Source: Gemmatimonadota bacterium
Lineage (GTDB): Bacteria > Gemmatimonadota > Gemmatimonadetes > Gemmatimonadales > GWC2-71-9
Direction: 5' to 3'
Length of the DNA stretch: 50,198 bases
NCBI GenBank assembly: GCA_039586365.1
Contig: JBDHKN010000021.1
Span: 1-50,198, forward strand
Shown: positions 45,400-50,198 of the stretch, piece by piece
How positions within the stretch are numbered: the stretch's first letter is position 1
Layout of the letters: each line of letters starts with the position of its first letter
Program-made: the position numbers and the translations under genes
The notes under the pieces: model-generated
Database searches by the model: none
What the model was told of the DNA's origin: nothing
Seen by the model: the letters and a program-made list of their open reading frames with translations, nothing else

Positions 45400-46866
45400 A
45401 TGACTCGAGCCGCAGCAACCGCCCAGCCGGTTCCGAACTTCATCGACGGCAACTGGATAGCTGCCCAAGGAGTTGACACGCTACCGATCACCAATCCGGC
45501 CACCGGTGACATCCTGGGGCGGGCTCCGCTATCCACCTCGAATGATGTTACTGCCGCCGTAGCGGCAGCCAAGTGCGCTTTCCCGGCTTGGCGCGAGACC
45601 CCACCGATCGAGCGGGCGAGAGTGTTGTTCCGGCTCAAGGCACTCCTGGAGGAGCACTTTGAGGAGCTGGCCGTGAGCCTTGCCAAAGAGCACGGCAAGA
45701 TCCTACCGGAATGTCTGGGCGAGATCCGGCGTGGAATCGAGAATGTCGAGCATGCCTGTGGCATTCCAACACTGATGTTGGGGACCACGTTAGAGGATGT
45801 GGCTACAGGTATTGATTGCGAGACGATCCTCCAACCACTGGGTGTGTTTGCGGCAATTACGCCGTACAACTTCCCAGTGATGATACCGCTCTGGTTCTGG
45901 CCATACGCGATTGCAGCGGGAAACACCTTCCTACTCAAACCGAGTGAGCAGGACCCCCTGACACACCAGCTTATTGTGGAATTGGCGGTGGAGGCCGGCC
46001 TCCCTAACGGGGTCCTGAACGTTGTGCACGGACGGAAGGACGTGGTGACAGCTCTACTCGAGCACCCCGATGTGAAGGGAATCTCCTTCGTCGGCTCCAG
46101 CAGCGTTGGCCGCAAGGTGTACGCCGAAGCGGCCAGCCAGGGAAAACGAGTGCAGGTGTTGGGTGGGGCGAAGAATCACCTCATCGTCCTGCCAGACGCC
46201 GACCTCGACAAGACAACCGCAGCCATACTGTCCTCGGTGTTTGGCTCTACGGGACAGCGTTGCCTGGCCGGGAGCATGCTCGTGGGAGTTGGGGAGGTGT
46301 ACGAGCCCATGCGGGAGCGCGTGCTGGATGGAGCGGCTTCCTTGCGCTTGGGCTACGCGCTCGAAGGCGAGCCCGACATGGGACCGGTCATCTCGCGACA
46401 TCACCGGGATAGGATTCACGGCTACATCGAGGATGGGGTGCGGGAGGGAGCGAAGTTGGTGATGGACGGCCGAGACGCCACGGTTGACCGATATCCCGAG
46501 GGACACTGGGTGGGACCTACGGTGTTTGACGGAGCCCGTCCGGATATGATCGTGGGGAGCGAGGAGATCTTTGGACCGGTTGCAGGATTGACTCGTGCCA
46601 ATTCGCTCGCTGCCGCCATCGACGTGATTCACCACAACAGCTATGGTAACATGACCTCCCTATTCACGACTAGCGGGGAAGCGGCCCGCGAGTTTCGCTA
46701 CCGGGCAGGGATTAGTATGCTTGGTGTAAACATCGGCGTCGCAGCACCGATGGCGTTCTTCCCGTTCGGGGGAACGCGGGGCTCTTTCTACGGAGACCTC
46801 AAGGCTCAAGGACAAGACGCCATCACGTTCTACACGGACAAACGTGTCGTAATCTCAAGGTGGTAG
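45400..46866 (+). CDS. mmsA: CoA-acylating (methyl)malonate-semialdehyde dehydrogenase
   Basis: ITPYNFP, LKPSEQDP, ISFVGSS, GGAKNH, GQRCLA, EEIFGPV, GVNIGVAAPMAFFPFGG and SRW C-terminus. Confidence 0.92.
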   Translation: MTRAAATAQPVPNFIDGNWIAAQGVDTLPITNPATGDILGRAPLSTSNDVTAAVAAAKCAFPAWRETPPIERARVLFRLKALLEEHFEELAVSLAKEHGKILPECLGEIRRGIENVEHACGIPTLMLGTTLEDVATGIDCETILQPLGVFAAITPYNFPVMIPLWFWPYAIAAGNTFLLKPSEQDPLTHQLIVELAVEAGLPNGVLNVVHGRKDVVTALLEHPDVKGISFVGSSSVGRKVYAEAASQGKRVQVLGGAKNHLIVLPDADLDKTTAAILSSVFGSTGQRCLAGSMLVGVGEVYEPMRERVLDGAASLRLGYALEGEPDMGPVISRHHRDRIHGYIEDGVREGAKLVMDGRDATVDRYPEGHWVGPTVFDGARPDMIVGSEEIFGPVAGLTRANSLAAAIDVIHHNSYGNMTSLFTTSGEAAREFRYRAGISMLGVNIGVAAPMAFFPFGGTRGSFYGDLKAQGQDAITFYTDKRVVISRW

Positions 46867-46868
46867 CA

Positions 46869-48197
46869 ATGAGCGCACCCAGCGCGACTGCAACTACATC
46901 TCGGACTGCCCAGGCGCAGTCTGAGTACCGGCAGTTCGTCTTCCCCTGCGTAAAGCCGCTGTACGAAGATCCGCTCGTCTTGGTGGAGGGCCGGGGCTCC
47001 ATCGTAGTGGACTCTGAAGGCAGCGAGTACCTCGACTTCTTTGGCGGGATCCTCACAACTTCACTGGGCCATTGTCATCCTGAAGTGGTTGCACGGGTGG
47101 TAGAGCAGGCGGCGAGGTTAGGTCACACATCTACGCTATACATCAACCAAAACCACGTCACTGCGGCGCGTCGGCTGAGCGAGATCGCTCCGGGGCGACT
47201 CAGCCAATCGTTCTTCACAAACAGCGGTACTGAGGCAGTAGAAACTGCTGTGACACTGGCCTGCATTTACACCGGCAACACCGAAGTGATATCTGTGCGC
47301 CACGGATACTCCGGACGCAGCATCCTCACGACCAACTTGACGGGGCACGGGTCGTGGCGTCCCCTTGGATCTTCGATACCGGGCGTCAAGCACGTAATGT
47401 CACCGAACCGCTACCGCAGTCCGCTCGGTGATCTCGCTGACCCGGCCTTCGTCGACGCTCTGGCAGAAGACCTCGAGGACGTGATTCAGACGACCACCAA
47501 GGGCAGACTGGCAGCATTCATCGCTGAGACGATCCAAGGTGTCGGAGGGTACATCGTGCCACCCCCTGGATACTTCCAGCGCATGGTCGAGATCGTTCGC
47601 AGCTATGGTGGCCTGTTCATATGCGACGAAGTGCAGGCCGGGTTTGGTCGAACCGGTAGGAAGTGGTTCGGCATCGAACATTGGGGAGTCGAACCCGACA
47701 TCATGGTGATGGCAAAGGGGATCGCCAACGGCTTCCCAGTGGGTGCCACGATAACGAGGCCAGAGATTGCCGAGGTTTGGACCGGGAAGACGATCTCGAC
47801 GTTCGGTGGTAACGCGGTCTGCATGGCGGCGACCGATGCAGCCATCGAAGTGATGGTTCGGGAAGACACACCAGGTCGCTCTGAGGTGCGCGGGCAACAA
47901 CTCAAGTCGGGGCTCGAACGGTTGTCGCAGCAGCATCAGTGGATCGGTGACGTGAGAGGGATGGGACTCATGCAGGCTCTCGAGCTGGTGGAAGATCGCA
48001 GGACCAAGGAGCCAAGCTCAAAGAAAGCCCGGGCCTTGCTGGAAGCGGCGAAGGACGAGCAACTCCTCATCGGGATCGGTGGCCTCCATAACAACACCAT
48101 CCGCATTGGCCCGTCCATGCTGGTGACGGAAGACGAAGTACAAGATGCGCTTGACCGGCTGGGGCGGGCATGCCGACGTGTAGACTCGCTAAGGTAA
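46869..48197 (+). CDS. Class III PLP aminotransferase (AGXT2/beta-alanine-type), paralog of 32971..34299
   Basis: GHCHP, FTNSGTEA, CDEVQAGFGRTG, AKGIANGFP and STFGGN; 2 nt after the mmsA stop. Confidence 0.92.
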   Translation: MSAPSATATTSRTAQAQSEYRQFVFPCVKPLYEDPLVLVEGRGSIVVDSEGSEYLDFFGGILTTSLGHCHPEVVARVVEQAARLGHTSTLYINQNHVTAARRLSEIAPGRLSQSFFTNSGTEAVETAVTLACIYTGNTEVISVRHGYSGRSILTTNLTGHGSWRPLGSSIPGVKHVMSPNRYRSPLGDLADPAFVDALAEDLEDVIQTTTKGRLAAFIAETIQGVGGYIVPPPGYFQRMVEIVRSYGGLFICDEVQAGFGRTGRKWFGIEHWGVEPDIMVMAKGIANGFPVGATITRPEIAEVWTGKTISTFGGNAVCMAATDAAIEVMVREDTPGRSEVRGQQLKSGLERLSQQHQWIGDVRGMGLMQALELVEDRRTKEPSSKKARALLEAAKDEQLLIGIGGLHNNTIRIGPSMLVTEDEVQDALDRLGRACRRVDSLR

Positions 48198-48203
48198 CTG
48201 CCC

Positions 48204-48320
48204 ATGATCGCCGGTCTACCCTGGAGTAGTTGGCTCCTGCTGCTGGCGGCCGTTGGTCCCGGCCTCACCGTGGTCACGGTGTTCTATGCAAGGCACCGTC
48301 ACGTCCGGAAGCAAAAGTGA
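48204..48320 (+). CDS. Small 38 aa single-pass membrane peptide, putative symporter accessory subunit
   Basis: Manual translation MIAGLPWSSWLLLLAAVGPGLTVVTVFYARHRHVRKQK. It fills the gap between the aminotransferase stop and the symporter GTG at 48322. Confidence 0.65.
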   Translation: MIAGLPWSSWLLLLAAVGPGLTVVTVFYARHRHVRKQK

Positions 48321-48321
48321 C

Positions 48322-49821
48322 GTGACGTCTGGATCGATACTGGGTGTCCTCGCCGTCTACGGCGTGGTTCTGCTCACGATCGGGCTCTGGGCGAGCCGCG
48401 GATCGCAGACTGTCGCCGGCTACTTCGTAGCGGGCAAGCGACTCCCCGCTTGGGTCATCGCGTTCAGCTCGAACGCTACCGGTGAGAGCGCATGGCTGTT
48501 GCTCGGGCTGACCGGGATGGGCTACCTACTGGGAGTGCATGCGTTCTGGATCGTGTTGGGAGAGGTTTTGGGAGTAGCACTCGCATGGGCATTCGTGGGT
48601 CTCCGATTCAAAGAGTACACTGATCGCTACGATTCCATAACGGTTCCCGACTATCTAGAGGCCCGATTTCGCGACACCCGCCAGGTGATCCGCTTGGTGA
48701 GCGTGGTGATCATCTTCAGTATGGTGACCGCCTACACCGCAGCACAGCTCACAGCCTCCGGCAAGGCCTTCGGCTCTTTTCTGGGGACCAGCTACGAGAC
48801 CGGCGTGCTGCTGGGAGCCGCGTTCATTCTCTTCTACACTACGGTCGGCGGGTTCAAGGCAGTGGCGTACAACGATCTCATGCACGGCGTGCTCATGTTC
48901 GCCGGGCTGCTCGTGCTGCCGTTGGTCGGGATCGCGGCGGTGGGTGGCTGGCCCTCGCTAATGGCCCGCTTGCAGGAGATCGATCCGGCCATGCTCAGGC
49001 CCATGGGCAACCTCGGTCTTTCACCCGCCGGCATAGCCAGCGCGGCCGGCTTCGTTGGTATCGGTCTCGCTTTTCTCGGCGCACCGCAGCTACTCACCCG
49101 TTTCATCTCGGCACGGGATCGGTCTGAAATAGTGAGTGGCAGCGTAATTGCCGTGATCTGCATTGTGGTATTCGATGTTGGCGCCGTATTCGCCGGGATG
49201 TCAGGTCGAGTGCTGTTTCCCGGCCTGGCTGATCCGGAGACGATTCTCCCCACGATGAGTGGGAATCTGTTTCCTGCACTCTTCACCGGCATATTTCTGG
49301 TAATCGTACTCGCTGCCATCATGTCGACAGTGGATTCGCTGCTCATCCTGGCGTCGTCAGCGGTGGTGCGAGACGTGATCCAAAAGGTGTTTCAACCTAA
49401 CCTCACTGAGCGGCAGCTCTCAGTCTTGGGAAGAGTCACCACGGGTCTGATTGGGATCGGTGCCCTGGCGCTGGCACTGCCGGAAGTGCGTGTCATCTTC
49501 TGGTTCGTTCTCTTCGCCTGGTCCGGACTCGCGGCCGCATTTGCTCCGGTGGTACTTTGTTCTCTGTTCTGGAGCAGGGCCACACGCGCTGGTGCGATCA
49601 GCGGCATGGTGGCAGGATTCGCCGCGACAGTCCTGTGGGTACTGCTGTTCAAGGATCGGTTCTACGATTTATACGAAATGCTGCCCGGCTTCTTCGCGGG
49701 CTTTGTGGTAACAATCGGAGTCAGCCTGCTCACCAAACCACCACCCGATGCGGCAGCGGAAATGGATCAAGTGCGGTGTGCGGTGGCCTCTCGCGATGCG
49801 GCACTGACGGTAAGAGAGTAA
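48322..49821 (+). CDS. putP: Sodium:solute symporter, PutP-like
   Basis: YFVAGK, SSNATGESAWLLLGLTG, TVPDYLEARF, GGFKAV, LAAIMSTVDS and FAWSGL. The substrate is not certain to be proline. Confidence 0.85.
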   Translation: MTSGSILGVLAVYGVVLLTIGLWASRGSQTVAGYFVAGKRLPAWVIAFSSNATGESAWLLLGLTGMGYLLGVHAFWIVLGEVLGVALAWAFVGLRFKEYTDRYDSITVPDYLEARFRDTRQVIRLVSVVIIFSMVTAYTAAQLTASGKAFGSFLGTSYETGVLLGAAFILFYTTVGGFKAVAYNDLMHGVLMFAGLLVLPLVGIAAVGGWPSLMARLQEIDPAMLRPMGNLGLSPAGIASAAGFVGIGLAFLGAPQLLTRFISARDRSEIVSGSVIAVICIVVFDVGAVFAGMSGRVLFPGLADPETILPTMSGNLFPALFTGIFLVIVLAAIMSTVDSLLILASSAVVRDVIQKVFQPNLTERQLSVLGRVTTGLIGIGALALALPEVRVIFWFVLFAWSGLAAAFAPVVLCSLFWSRATRAGAISGMVAGFAATVLWVLLFKDRFYDLYEMLPGFFAGFVVTIGVSLLTKPPPDAAAEMDQVRCAVASRDAALTVRE

Positions 49822-49841
49822 TGGCGTGTTGGTGACCTTCT

Positions 49842-50198
49842 CTAGCTGGCCGCCTCGTGCTTGCCCCTGAGCAATGCCTGGAAGCGGGGATGGCCGCGCA
49901 GGGATGCCAGATCAGGATCTCTCTCGAACCATTCCCGATTACCGAAGCCGCAACGGACTGCCTCTTCCAGGCACTCGATGGCCCTCTCGGTCTGACCTTC
50001 CAGTGAGTACAAACACGCCACGTTGTAACGCACCCCTGCATCCTCTGCGTCGACGGCCAAAGCGCGTTCCGCCCACTCGAGACCGCGTTCCTGTTTACCC
50101 AAGCGACAGTAGGAGACCGCACACATGGTGGCTGCGCGGGGATCATCAGGATTCAACTCGAGATGCTGTTCTGCTGCCCGTAGCGCCCGGCGATAGGC
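49842..50198 (-). CDS. C-terminal TPR region of a larger protein, truncated by the right window edge
   Basis: Frame open to the edge: AYRRALRAAEQHLELNPDDPRA...YNVACLYSLEG...DPDLASLRGHPRFQALL, a typical TPR end-of-group motif. Confidence 0.8.
   Translation of the reverse strand, partial: AYRRALRAAEQHLELNPDDPRAATMCAVSYCRLGKQERGLEWAERALAVDAEDAGVRYNVACLYSLEGQTERAIECLEEAVRCGFGNREWFERDPDLASLRGHPRFQALLRGKHEAAS

Noticed and set aside
45189..46115. 308 aa antisense ORF, and similar long shadow ORFs elsewhere
   Set aside because: Antisense to a well-conserved gene (mmsA); an expected artefact of GC-rich codon usage.
1..50198. tRNA, rRNA, IS elements, prophage genes, CRISPR arrays
   Set aside because: No supporting motifs seen by eye; tRNAscan and Rfam searches were not run.

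Overview
About 50 kb of a GC-rich bacterial chromosome, densely coded with roughly 41 CDS. It looks like core or persistent genome. I found no rRNA, tRNA, CRISPR array, integrase or transposase. The gene repertoire suggests Gemmatimonadota or a similar diderm phylum; this is inference only, based on a plug-only TonB-like protein, a secreted amidohydrolase pair, an M1 peptidase and a TPR-ended protein. Left to right: a partial ANKH/MATE-like membrane protein divergent from tctCBA; ggt; a PAS-GGDEF cyclase; Ap4A phosphorylase; kefG-kefB; an osmoprotectant ABC operon ending in a NAPE-PLD-like hydrolase; a DUF134-NifX pair; a Cys-rich domain fused to a hotdog fold; two amidohydrolases; mtgA, an MDR oxidoreductase and sdaA; a PadR-led MacAB-type exporter followed by a plug-only protein and Yip1; two paralogous class III aminotransferase plus transporter units; a GT2 resembling eukaryotic QTGAL/B3GNTL1; an M1 peptidase; addAB; a divergent ychF; mmsA; a small membrane peptide and a sodium:solute symporter; and a partial TPR protein. 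The most interesting leads are the QTGAL-like glycosyltransferase, the ANKH-like/tctCBA divergon, the Cys-rich degenerate PaaI fusion, the exporter/plug/Yip1 cluster and an AddAB with four Cys in both nuclease domains. All functional calls come from motif recognition without database searches, and several start codons are uncertain.
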